Of a DNA stretch of 64,000 nucleotides, positions 42,230 to 51,118 are shown in pieces. Both the position numbers and the translations under genes were made by a program. A model generated the notes under the pieces. The model did not search any database, was not told where the DNA came from, and worked only from the letters and a program-made list of their open reading frames with translations. Source of the DNA: an uncultured Pelagibacteraceae bacterium (lineage in GTDB: Bacteria; Pseudomonadota; Alphaproteobacteria; Pelagibacterales; Pelagibacteraceae); the NCBI GenBank assembly GCA_905612415.1, contig CAJQRW010000003.1, positions 4,845 to 68,844 on the forward strand. The letters run 5' to 3'. Within the stretch, counting starts at the first letter, position 1. Every line of letters begins with the position of its first letter.

Positions 42230-43219
42230 TTAACGACCTATAGATGCCATACGTTCTACTGACAATCTTGCTCTATGCATCAAATTGTTTGGAATTATAA
42301 TTTCATTATTCTCTTTTTCTAAACAGTCTAGTATTTTAGGTAATGTAATTTTTTTCATATGCGGGCATAAATTACATGGTCGTATAAATTGAACATTTGG
42401 ATTCTCAACTTGAACATTATCGCTCATGGAACATTCTGTAACCATCATGACTTTTTTAGGCTGGTTTTTTTTAACATAATCACTCATGCCGCTAGTTGAT
42501 CCAGCAAAATCAGCGGCATCAATTACATCTGGAGGACATTCTGGATGAGCAATAACAACAATCCCTGGGTTTAGTTCTTTTATCTCATTAATTTCTTTAG
42601 CAGTAAATTGTTCATGAACCATGCATGTTCCTTTCCATGAAACAATTTCAACACTTGTCTTTGATGCAACATATTTTGCTAAGTATTCATCTGGTAAAAA
42701 AATAACTTTTTCAACGCCAAGTGACTCAACGACCTTAACAGCATTAGCAGATGTACAACAAACATCTGTTTCAGCTTTTACATCAGCAGAAGTATTCACA
42801 TAAGATACCACTGGAACATTTGGGTATTTTTTCTTAAGCAACCTAACATCTTCACCTGTAATTGATGATGATAGAGAGCACCCAGCATCCATGTCAGGTA
42901 ATAAAACTTTTTTATTTGGACTCATTAATTTTGCAGTTTCAGCCATAAAGTGAACTCCACACATTACGATTATATCTGCTTTAGTTTTTGATGCTTCAAT
43001 AGCTAACGCAAGAGAGTCCGCAGCAAAATCCGCTATCCCATGATATATTTCTGGTGTTTGGTAATTATGAGCAAGTATAAGAGCATTTTTTTCTTTTTTT
43101 AGTTTGTTAATTTTGTGAATAAGAGGAGCATGAATTTTCCACTCCATTTCAGGCATAACTTTAGAAATTCTTCTAAAAATAGGATCTGTAGAAATTTTAA
43201 TTTCAGTATTTAATTCCAT
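42230..43219 (-). CDS. nadA: Quinolinate synthase
   Basis: 329 aa with ALILAHNYQ, VHFMAETAK and AHPECPP. It is adjacent to nadC. Confidence 0.94.
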   Translation of the reverse strand: MELNTEIKISTDPIFRRISKVMPEMEWKIHAPLIHKINKLKKEKNALILAHNYQTPEIYHGIADFAADSLALAIEASKTKADIIVMCGVHFMAETAKLMSPNKKVLLPDMDAGCSLSSSITGEDVRLLKKKYPNVPVVSYVNTSADVKAETDVCCTSANAVKVVESLGVEKVIFLPDEYLAKYVASKTSVEIVSWKGTCMVHEQFTAKEINEIKELNPGIVVIAHPECPPDVIDAADFAGSTSGMSDYVKKNQPKKVMMVTECSMSDNVQVENPNVQFIRPCNLCPHMKKITLPKILDCLEKENNEIIIPNNLMHRARLSVERMASIGR

Positions 43220-43275
43220 AATTAAAATGTATCAACTTGCAGATAAATTGTCATTCATTTATTGTGACGCACAAA

Positions 43276-43361
43276 GCGGCTATGTTGGAATTGGTAGACA
43301 AGCTTGGTTGAGGGCCAAGTGGGAAATCCCAGTGACAGTTCGAGTCTGTCTAGCCGCACCA
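43276..43361 (+). tRNA. tRNA-Leu (anticodon GAG), long variable arm, CCA encoded
   Basis: Folded by hand. Acceptor GCGGCTA/TAGCCGC, anticodon arm CTTGG-TTGAGGG-CCAAG, variable arm GGGA..TCCC, T arm GACAG-TTCGAGT-CTGTC, then ACCA. Confidence 0.9.
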
Positions 43362-43401
43362 TAAAAATTATTAATCAAAAATTGGGAATTAAGTAGTTTG
43401 A

Positions 43402-44001
43402 TTAAATAATTTTACCAATAATTATAAAATTAGACTTAAAATTCATTAATTTTATATGGTGTATTTTATACTCAATATTTTTAAAATGACTTAACAGAAA
43501 TTCTAAATTATTTTTAGAAAGTAGATTTAGATTTTCCTCTTTAGCAAAAAAATTTAAACCTAATAAAGATAATATCTTTCTATGAATTTTTTTTGGAAAC
43601 CAATGAATTAATGGAATTTTAGTATGAAAGTCTATTGGATGATATCTATTAGGAGTGGTAATTATAAAAATTTTTTTACTTAATTTAATAGTATTAGATA
43701 TTTTTTTTAGTTGATTTTTTACATTTCCTACATGTTCTATAGTTGCATTTGATATCACCACATCAGAACTAAATGTTGAAATATCATGATCATTTAGCTC
43801 CTTTGTAATCGACTTATTTAAAGTTTTTTGAAAATTTTTTGAATAAATTTTTTGATTAGATAAAGATTTAAAAATTTTAATATTTTTGATATTTTTCACT
43901 AAATAATTACTACTTTCATTTTCCAAGTCATTAGTAGTGCCTATATCTAATACACTTGAAAGAGAGTAATTTTCTAAGTGGTTATTAATTATGTCCACCA
44001 T
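43402..44001 (-). CDS. Class I SAM-dependent methyltransferase-like protein with a degenerate motif I
   Basis: 199 aa. The Methyltransf_11-like core is SDVVISNATIEHVGN...KIFIITTPN. The glycine-rich motif I is VLDIGTTND rather than the usual GxGxG. A 26-codon ORF in another frame lies just upstream (see findings). Confidence 0.6.
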   Translation of the reverse strand: MVDIINNHLENYSLSSVLDIGTTNDLENESSNYLVKNIKNIKIFKSLSNQKIYSKNFQKTLNKSITKELNDHDISTFSSDVVISNATIEHVGNVKNQLKKISNTIKLSKKIFIITTPNRYHPIDFHTKIPLIHWFPKKIHRKILSLLGLNFFAKEENLNLLSKNNLEFLLSHFKNIEYKIHHIKLMNFKSNFIIIGKII

Positions 44002-44175
44002 CTCTTTTCTTTTTTGATAACAACTCTATCAATAAATTTGGGGTGCGCTGTTGCATAAATTAAACTCATGTATTTTATAAACTTTCTTGCATGACAATTT
44101 TAAGTTAACAGTATAATATTTTATGTTTAATACTCTACTAATGTTTTGTCAAAGTTTGTCTAAGAAATTTAAGCA

Positions 44176-44796
44176 ATGAGTTATATAATTTTAGGTTTTG
44201 TTACAGGAATGAGTTTAATCCTAGCGTTAGGAGCACAAAATATTTTTGTAATAGAGCAAGGTTTAAAAAAGAATTTTGTTTTTTATGTTTGTTTAATTTG
44301 CTCCTTATCAGACTTTTTATTAATTTTTTTAGGAATTTTTATATTTTATTACTTCCAAATTTTTTTTACACCCTTAATTGAATTTTTATTAAATCTACTA
44401 CTTTTAACTTTTTTATTACATTTTATATGGAATAAAATTCGCAGTGAAATACAAAATCTAAACTTAAACATTAAACAAAATAATTATTCCTTATCACAAA
44501 CTGTATTCAAAACATTAGGTTTTACGTATCTTAATCCACATGTATATTCAGACACTGTTTTTTTCTTAGGAAATTTTTCTAAAGATTTTATATTAGAGCA
44601 AAAAATATTTTTCGGTATAGGTGCATCTCTATCTTCAATATTATTTTTTTTTATAGTTGGTTATGCTTCTAAATATTTATCTAATTATCTAATGACCAAA
44701 AAAATTTGGAAAATTATAAATTTAGTAATTGTAATATTTATGTTTTTTTTATCTACTTACGTTTTGATAAATATAATTAACTTTTTAATTTCTTAA
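44176..44796 (+). CDS. LysE/ArgO family basic amino acid exporter
   Basis: 206 aa with about 6 TM helices. The N-terminus ILGFVTGMSLILALGAQNIFVIEQGLKKN resembles ArgO (LPLGPQNAFVMNQGIRR). Confidence 0.82.
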   Translation: MSYIILGFVTGMSLILALGAQNIFVIEQGLKKNFVFYVCLICSLSDFLLIFLGIFIFYYFQIFFTPLIEFLLNLLLLTFLLHFIWNKIRSEIQNLNLNIKQNNYSLSQTVFKTLGFTYLNPHVYSDTVFFLGNFSKDFILEQKIFFGIGASLSSILFFFIVGYASKYLSNYLMTKKIWKIINLVIVIFMFFLSTYVLINIINFLIS

Positions 44797-45495
44797 CTAT
44801 AAGCTTTTATATTTTTTCATAGAAACGTTAGCTAATATTAGATTAGGATCTAAAAAAACCTTAGAAAGTTTAATTTTTTTAAAAGATTTAAAAGCAAAAA
44901 TGGCTATAGGTAATTCGGTGCAACCAAGTATTATTTTATCACATTTCATCTTTATTAAATAATTTATTGCAGGTTTTATAGCTCTTTCAGCGTTTTTGAT
45001 TTTTCCCATTTTTACATATTTTATTGCTTTATTAACACTTTTAGTCTGTAAAGATTTTTTTGGACTTACTAACTTAAAGTCCTTATCAAAAAATCTATTA
45101 TACACATCAGTTTTTAAAGTTCCTTCTGTAGCCAAAATTCCTATTTTAGATTTTTTTTTGCATTTATTTTTGACATAAAGGTAAACTTCTTTTGGCATGC
45201 TTATTATTGGAATATCGGTTTTCTTCTGTAAGTCGTCATACCAATAATGAGCTGTATTGCATGGAATAACAATAAATTTACATTTATTTTTTTGTAGCAG
45301 ATGGCAACCTGCAACTAAACTTTTAAGTACTTTATTGTATTTATTTAAATTTTCAGGTCTTCCTGGAATATTTGATTTATTATATAAAATAAAAAGTGGA
45401 TATTTTTGATCAACTTTACCCCGACTTAACATGGCTAATTTATTACAGAAGTCGAGGCCGGCTTGCGTCCCCATTCCACCCAAAATTCCGATCAT
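44797..45495 (-). CDS. Aspartate/glutamate racemase family protein
   Basis: 232 aa with MIGILGGMGTQAG and two catalytic Cys motifs, IPCNTAHYW and LGCTELP. Confidence 0.88.
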   Translation of the reverse strand: MIGILGGMGTQAGLDFCNKLAMLSRGKVDQKYPLFILYNKSNIPGRPENLNKYNKVLKSLVAGCHLLQKNKCKFIVIPCNTAHYWYDDLQKKTDIPIISMPKEVYLYVKNKCKKKSKIGILATEGTLKTDVYNRFFDKDFKLVSPKKSLQTKSVNKAIKYVKMGKIKNAERAIKPAINYLIKMKCDKIILGCTELPIAIFAFKSFKKIKLSKVFLDPNLILANVSMKKYKSL

Positions 45496-45534
45496 ATTAA
45501 TGCAATTGTATAAAAATTTTCCAGAATTATTAAT

Positions 45535-45879
45535 TTAAGAAGGTTTATTGATACCTCTCATAAAAGTTAGAATTAAGCAACCCTTTTTAGTATGTGAAGA
45601 ATGTTTGCTCCCTGGTTCAAAAGTTACAAAATCTCCTTTTTTAAAAACAGTACCATCTGAATCTATAAGCTCACCTTCTAAAATTAAAAATTCTTCAAAA
45701 CCAAGATGTGTATGTGGTATTGTTTTTGTTCCAGGTTGTAATTTAGATATATAGGACCCATAACCATTTTTTTTATCAAAACTTATTTTATGCCAACTCA
45801 TACCTGGTATTACAGAACCGTAGCGATCAAATGGTTCAAATTTTAGATTTGAGGTGTTAGTTATTTTTCTTTTGCTCAT
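45535..45879 (-). CDS. Stand-alone metal-binding cupin (ChrR C-terminal, cupin_7-like)
   Basis: 114 aa. Cupin motif 1 is GTKTIPHTHLGFEEFLILEG and motif 2 is GDFVTFEPGSKH. Confidence 0.75.
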   Translation of the reverse strand: MSKRKITNTSNLKFEPFDRYGSVIPGMSWHKISFDKKNGYGSYISKLQPGTKTIPHTHLGFEEFLILEGELIDSDGTVFKKGDFVTFEPGSKHSSHTKKGCLILTFMRGINKPS

Positions 45880-45918
45880 ATAAATAATATATTATCTAAG
45901 TATTAAATTATTACAATT

Positions 45919-46674
45919 ATGCAAGATATATATGTAGGTGATATTGGAAAAGGATTTCCTTTTGTGTTGGTGCATGGTTTTTTAGGTTCATCACAGATGT
46001 GGGAGCCTCAAATTGAATATTTTAAAAAAAATTATAGGGTGATAACGCCTGATCTTCCAGGTTTTGGAAAAAGCAATAAGTCTGAATCTTACAATAGCAT
46101 TACTTCAATGGCGCAAATTATAATTGAATGTTTAAAAAAAAAAAAAGTGGAAAAATTTTATTTATTAGGTCATTCAATGGGCGGTATGATTGTTCAGGAA
46201 ATTGTAAATATAGTTGGAAATCAAGTATCTAAACTAATTTGTTATGGAACAGGACCGATTGGTGAAGTGCCAGGCAGGTTTGAGACCATGGATCAGTCTA
46301 AAGAAAAACTACAAAAAGAAGGATTGAAAATAACATCACACAGAATTGCTAAAACATGGTTTGTCAGAGAAGAAAAAGCTAAATATTTTTATCTTTGCCT
46401 TGACGCGGGAAGATCAACCAATTTAGAGTCAGCAAATAATGCTTTATTAGCTATGCAAAATTGGAATGGATTAAAAAAATTAAAAAATATAAAAAATCAA
46501 ACTCTTATAATTTGGGGAGATCAAGATAAATCATATAACTTTGATCAAGCAGACGTTCTAAATCAAAATATAAAAAATAGTGAATTAAAAATATTTAAGG
46601 GATGTTCTCATAATACACATCTTGAAAAACCAGACGAATTTAATGATTATGTTGAAAAATTTTTACAAAAATAA
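45919..46674 (+). CDS. Alpha/beta hydrolase fold protein
   Basis: 251 aa with VLVHGFLGSS, the nucleophile elbow GHSMGG, and a C-terminal catalytic His region (CSHNTHLEKP). Confidence 0.85.
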   Translation: MQDIYVGDIGKGFPFVLVHGFLGSSQMWEPQIEYFKKNYRVITPDLPGFGKSNKSESYNSITSMAQIIIECLKKKKVEKFYLLGHSMGGMIVQEIVNIVGNQVSKLICYGTGPIGEVPGRFETMDQSKEKLQKEGLKITSHRIAKTWFVREEKAKYFYLCLDAGRSTNLESANNALLAMQNWNGLKKLKNIKNQTLIIWGDQDKSYNFDQADVLNQNIKNSELKIFKGCSHNTHLEKPDEFNDYVEKFLQK

Positions 46675-46717
46675 GTCATTATTACTATACCTTCATATAT
46701 GATAAGCTAACTTTCAA

Positions 46718-47686
46718 ATGAAAAAAAAAGATAACGCTAAAAATCCAATTCAACCAGTCAGTGGTACAAAAGTTCCTCGATTTGCTGGTCCAGCAACATT
46801 CGCTAGACTTCCTGAAATAAGAGATGTTGAAAGTTGTGATGTAGCGATAGTTGGAATCCCCTTTGATGCAGGAACTAGCTATAGACCGGGAGCCAGATTT
46901 GGCCCTCAAAGTATTAGACAAGCTTCCAGACATCTCAGAACCAATTATCATCCTAGTTATGATGTTGAACCATTTAAAGTTCAGCAAGTAGCTGACGCTG
47001 GCGATATAACCTGTAACCCTTTTAATATTAATGAAGCAATAAAACAAATAGAAGAAGGAGCATTAGAACTTTTAAACAAAGTTAAAGGAATAATAAGTTT
47101 AGGTGGAGATCATACAATTGCATTTCCTCTACTAAGAGCTATTAATAAAATTAATAATGGACCAGTAGCGTTAGTGCACTTTGATGCTCATTTGGATACA
47201 TGGGATACATATTTTGGAGCTCCGTATACTCATGGAACACCTTTTAGAAGAGCAAGAGAAGAAAATTTATTTTTGGACGATGCCTCAATGCATGTAGGGA
47301 TTAGAGGTCCACTTTATAGTAGAGATGATATAAAAAATGATGAAAGTTTTGGTTTTAAAATTATTCATTGTGATGAATTTCAAACACAAGGAACTGATAA
47401 AATAGCTGAAAGAATAAAAAAAAGAGTTGGTAATAAACCACTTTATCTTTCAATAGATATAGATGTTTTAGATCCTGCTTTTGCGCCTGGAACAGGTACA
47501 CCAGAAATAGCTGGAATGACAACTAGAGAAATGGTTAATGTTATAAGAGGTTTATCAGGTTTAAACCTAATTTCAGCAGACGTTGTAGAAGTTTCTCCAG
47601 CATATGATCACGCAGAAATAACCTCTTTAGCTGCCGCAACTATAGTTTATGAATTAACTAATTTATTTGCAAAAGTTAAAAGATAA
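46718..47686 (+). CDS. Ureohydrolase of the agmatinase/guanidinobutyrase/guanidinopropionase type
   Basis: 322 aa with the Mn-binding motifs GGDHTIAFP, DAHLDTWD and SIDIDVLDPAFAPGTGTPE. The substrate cannot be assigned by eye. Confidence 0.9.
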   Translation: MKKKDNAKNPIQPVSGTKVPRFAGPATFARLPEIRDVESCDVAIVGIPFDAGTSYRPGARFGPQSIRQASRHLRTNYHPSYDVEPFKVQQVADAGDITCNPFNINEAIKQIEEGALELLNKVKGIISLGGDHTIAFPLLRAINKINNGPVALVHFDAHLDTWDTYFGAPYTHGTPFRRAREENLFLDDASMHVGIRGPLYSRDDIKNDESFGFKIIHCDEFQTQGTDKIAERIKKRVGNKPLYLSIDIDVLDPAFAPGTGTPEIAGMTTREMVNVIRGLSGLNLISADVVEVSPAYDHAEITSLAAATIVYELTNLFAKVKR

Positions 47687-47700
47687 GATATTTTGCTTGC

Positions 47701-49137
47701 ATGATAGATAGAAAACTTTTTTATATTAATGGCAAATGGGCTTCTCCAAAAAGTTCTAAAGAAATTAAAATAATAGATCCTGCAACAGAAAAAGAATGTG
47801 CAGTCATATCTTTGGGAGGTAAAGACGATGTTAATGATGCAGTTATTGCAGCAAAAAATGCATTTGAATCGTGGTCATTTACAACGAAGAGCCAAAGAGT
47901 AGAATTATTAGAAAAACTTTATGTTGTTTATAAAAAAAGATGGGCTGATGTAGCTGAAGCTATTACTTTGGAAATGGGTGCTCCAAAGGATTTTTCATCT
48001 CAACTTCAAGCAGGTGCTGGAGCAAGTCATATAAAATCATTTATTAAATATTTAAAAGAATTTAATTTTGAAAAAGTGCTTGGGGATCATGCTAAAAATC
48101 AAAAGATTCTTTATGAACCCAAAGGAGTTTGTGCGCTTATTACTCCTTGGAACTGGCCAATGAACCAAACTTGTCTTAAAGTAATTCCAGCACTCGCTGC
48201 CGGATGCACAATGGTTTTAAAGCCATCTGAATTAGCACCTTTATCATCAATGATACTTGCTGAAATGATTGATGAAGTAAAATTTCCAGCGGGTGTATTT
48301 AATTTAGTTAACGGCGATGGTGCTACAACTGGTGATACTTTAACAAGTCACCCAGATGTAAATATGATTTCATTTACTGGCTCGACTAGAGCAGGAGCTT
48401 TAATTTCTCAAAATGCAGCAAGAGATTTTAAAAGAATAAGTTTAGAACTAGGTGGAAAAGGAGCTAATATAATTTTTAAAGATGCAGATCCTGAAGCTGT
48501 TGAAAGAGGGGCCTTAAGATGTTTTAGAAACTCCGGACAATCATGTAATGCCCCAACAAGAATGTTGGTTGAAAAATCAATGTATAATGAAGCTGTTGAA
48601 AGAGTAAAGAATTATGCCAATAAAACAAAAGTTGATTTACCAGAAAAAGAAGGTGATCATATAGGTCCAGTAATCTCTGAGACTCAATATAATAAAATTC
48701 AAACCTTAATTCAAAAAGGAATAGACGAAGGAGCAAAATTAGTTGCGGGAGGAGTTGGAAAACCAGAAGGTTTAGAAAAAGGTTATTTTGTTAAACCAAC
48801 AGCTTTTGCTGATGTTAATAATCAAATGGAAATAGCTAGAACAGAAATATTTGGACCAGTCTTATCAATTATTCCTTTTGAAACAGAGGAAGAAGCAATT
48901 AAAATTGCAAATGACACTCCTTACGGTTTGACAAACTATATTCAAACTCAAGACCAGAAAAAAGCAAATAGAGTTGCAAGAAAATTGAGGTCAGGAATGG
49001 TTGATGTTAATGGTGCAGGTATAGCAGTCGATGCTCCATTTGGAGGGTACAAACATTCTGGGATTGGCCGAGAAGCTGGAGCTATTGGTATAGAAGAATT
49101 TTTAGAAGTCAAAACAGTTGGTGGCTGGAACGACTAA
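47701..49137 (+). CDS. NAD(P)-dependent aldehyde dehydrogenase
   Basis: 478 aa with the catalytic Glu in LELGGKG, the catalytic Cys in RNSGQSCNAPTR, and the PFGGYKHSGIGRE tail. Confidence 0.92.
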   Translation: MIDRKLFYINGKWASPKSSKEIKIIDPATEKECAVISLGGKDDVNDAVIAAKNAFESWSFTTKSQRVELLEKLYVVYKKRWADVAEAITLEMGAPKDFSSQLQAGAGASHIKSFIKYLKEFNFEKVLGDHAKNQKILYEPKGVCALITPWNWPMNQTCLKVIPALAAGCTMVLKPSELAPLSSMILAEMIDEVKFPAGVFNLVNGDGATTGDTLTSHPDVNMISFTGSTRAGALISQNAARDFKRISLELGGKGANIIFKDADPEAVERGALRCFRNSGQSCNAPTRMLVEKSMYNEAVERVKNYANKTKVDLPEKEGDHIGPVISETQYNKIQTLIQKGIDEGAKLVAGGVGKPEGLEKGYFVKPTAFADVNNQMEIARTEIFGPVLSIIPFETEEEAIKIANDTPYGLTNYIQTQDQKKANRVARKLRSGMVDVNGAGIAVDAPFGGYKHSGIGREAGAIGIEEFLEVKTVGGWND

Positions 49138-49340
49138 CTAATTTTATTTTTATTTTTAATAATTTTAATCCAAGCCAGTTCATATAAAATATAAAAAAAA
49201 ATACCTAAAATCACCAATATTAGACTAAAAGATAACGATCTTAACCAACTACCAAACCATATATAAGATAGTATTGAAATCCATGATAAACCTATAATTT
49301 GCCAAATAATTGCTTTGTAAAACAATTCTTTCTTATTCAT
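49134..49340 (-). CDS. Small two-TM membrane protein (DUF2061-like)
   Basis: 68 aa with two hydrophobic helices, a YELAW motif and AAGGAG upstream of the ATG. Confidence 0.6.
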   Translation of the reverse strand: MNKKELFYKAIIWQIIGLSWISILSYIWFGSWLRSLSFSLILVILGIFFYILYELAWIKIIKNKNKIS

Positions 49341-49487
49341 AAAAACTCCTTTTTAATTTTTAAATTACGTCTAAAAAATAAAAAGATTTTTATTGATCGG
49401 TACTGTAGATAGCTTTAACGAAGAGAGAGCAATTCCAATTACTATGGAAGTTAAATATCATTGCTAAAATTAGAATTGATTTATTGC

Positions 49488-50714
49488 TCATATTTTGATT
49501 TTCTTTATTCTACTCTTTACACCATACTCTTCTTTTTCATTAAAGTCTTTACTATTTAACTTAGAAAGTTCTTCAATTCTGAGACCCTTAGTATCTATAG
49601 TAGGTGAACCACTTTTTTTCATTCCTTGGTGTCTTGCATACACTGCTTTCTTTTTATTTACCTGATGAGGTTGAAAATCATTAATGTGATCGATGTTCAA
49701 TTTATCCCCAACATGTATGTAGCCAGCTTTAGTTGCTTGATTTATTAAATCCAAACCTTTTTTTGTTCTAGTGATTACAGCATTAAAACCTTCATCTTCA
49801 CCTTTGGGTGAACCACCACTCCAAGTATCTAAAGCAGCTATGTCTGCACTTTCTCCAATTGCATCAGGACAGATTTTACATCTAAAAAGAACTCGCCAAG
49901 TAGACTCTTCACCCCAAAAATCATTATAAGCTTGTTGGTGCTCGCGATCATCTTTTGTTTTAATATACATTTTTCCAGGATTTCCATAACCTCTATACCT
50001 AAATGTAGATAATTCATTTTCCTTTACTTTAAAACTTTCAATAAAATCTTGCGATTTTGTAAACTCTGGAATTCCCCCGCATACTAAAGTTAGTAAATAT
50101 TTACAAAGATTATTAACTCTAGAATCTATTTTAGATAATTGTCTGATAGCACTAATATCACAAGGTTTACCAACGAAAGCAAAAGGTTCGTTTAAATCAA
50201 GAGCTTTATGAAAAGCGTCTAATGATGAAGCTGGACCGTATCTTGAACCACTTTCACAATTAACTATTTCTTCCTTAGAGTAACTAAATTTTGGAATGCT
50301 GCGCATAGGTTTTTTTGGATCTGCAACAGTATGTAGAATAAATTTGATTTTTTTAGTTTCAAGCAAGTAAATAGACAAACCATTTAACAGACCACCTGTT
50401 GAGCTCTGAAATCTAATTTTATCATCAGTAGACCAGGTATAATTTAAAGATAAATAGTAACCCCAAATTTGATCATGCTTAGACTCTTCATGAACATCTG
50501 CTTTAGGTAAACCTTCCACTATTGTACCGGGACAAATACTTTTGATTTTTTCAAAAACATCAGGGCTAATTTTATTAATTTCTTTTGGTTCAAGCCTGCC
50601 CTTGGGAGACATCATTACTTCAATTTTATCCTTACCAGCAATACTTTGACAAACACCGCAACCAATACAAAGACCATTATTTACAATGTCACTTAATTTA
50701 TTTATTTGTGTCAT
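49488..50714 (-). CDS. FrhB/FdhB-family flavo-iron-sulfur protein (coenzyme F420 hydrogenase/dehydrogenase beta subunit-like)
   Basis: 408 aa with CIGCGVCQS plus CPG (Fe-S), SSTGGLLNGL, FVGKPCDISAIRQL and CKICPDAIGESADIAALDTW, all typical of the family. Confidence 0.8.
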   Translation of the reverse strand: MTQINKLSDIVNNGLCIGCGVCQSIAGKDKIEVMMSPKGRLEPKEINKISPDVFEKIKSICPGTIVEGLPKADVHEESKHDQIWGYYLSLNYTWSTDDKIRFQSSTGGLLNGLSIYLLETKKIKFILHTVADPKKPMRSIPKFSYSKEEIVNCESGSRYGPASSLDAFHKALDLNEPFAFVGKPCDISAIRQLSKIDSRVNNLCKYLLTLVCGGIPEFTKSQDFIESFKVKENELSTFRYRGYGNPGKMYIKTKDDREHQQAYNDFWGEESTWRVLFRCKICPDAIGESADIAALDTWSGGSPKGEDEGFNAVITRTKKGLDLINQATKAGYIHVGDKLNIDHINDFQPHQVNKKKAVYARHQGMKKSGSPTIDTKGLRIEELSKLNSKDFNEKEEYGVKSRIKKIKI

Positions 50715-50716
50715 GT

Positions 50717-51118
50717 CTAGTTTTTTGGATACTTATTAAATTTTGGGAGCCTATCAGTAATTTTATAAAAATCTGATTTACTACCGATAAATATATTTCT
50801 CATGGTCTTAAGCTTAGTAGGTTTATCAAACATACCGGCGGCTATTGAAATGTTATCGGTATTTTTAAACTTAAAAAAAATACTGGCTCCACATTTGTTA
50901 CAAAAACCTCTTTTTGCATTCTTTGAAGATTTAAACCATGTAAGAGTTTTTTTATTGAGATACTTAATATCTTTGTCTTTTACATTTGAATATGCTCCAT
51001 AAATTCCATGGGTTTTACGACACTGGATACAATGACAATTTGAAACATTCCTATGTCTTCCATTAGTTTTAATTTTTACCCCTTTACAAAGACAGCTTGC
51101 TGTTAAAGATTTTTTCAT
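50717..51118 (-). CDS. GFA family (glutathione-dependent formaldehyde-activating / CENP-V-like) zinc protein
   Basis: 133 aa with the Cys pattern CLC...CHCIQCRK...FCNKCGASIF. Confidence 0.82.
   Translation of the reverse strand: MKKSLTASCLCKGVKIKTNGRHRNVSNCHCIQCRKTHGIYGAYSNVKDKDIKYLNKKTLTWFKSSKNAKRGFCNKCGASIFFKFKNTDNISIAAGMFDKPTKLKTMRNIFIGSKSDFYKITDRLPKFNKYPKN

Noticed and set aside
43371-43405. A 9-bp inverted repeat, TTAATCAAA...TTTGATTAA, with a 17-nt loop. It lies between tRNA-Leu and the stop of the convergent methyltransferase-like gene and could be a bidirectional terminator.
   Set aside because: The loop is large, eight of the nine base pairs are A-T, and no clean T-tract follows. 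That is too weak to call as a terminator without transcript 3'-end data.
44087-44117. A consensus TATAAT at 44112-44117 with TTGCAT or TGACAA upstream, as a possible lysE/argO promoter. A similar TTGACG-N17/18-TAGTAAT occurs at 60299-60328 upstream of the DMGDH-type gene.
   Set aside because: The spacings to the candidate -35 elements are 14-19 nt, so the best hexamers are not at optimal distance. In roughly 30% GC DNA, TATAAT-like hexamers arise by chance. I do not report these as features without transcription start site data.
49341-49487. A 147-bp gap upstream of the small membrane-protein gene. It contains a 23-codon minus-strand ORF (MIFNFHSNWNCSLFVKAIYSTDQ), and I scanned it for guanidine-type or other riboswitch hairpins.
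   Set aside because: The mini-ORF has no SD sequence. I found no ACGR-loop hairpin pair or other recognisable riboswitch core. The gap most likely holds just the promoter and leader of the downstream gene.
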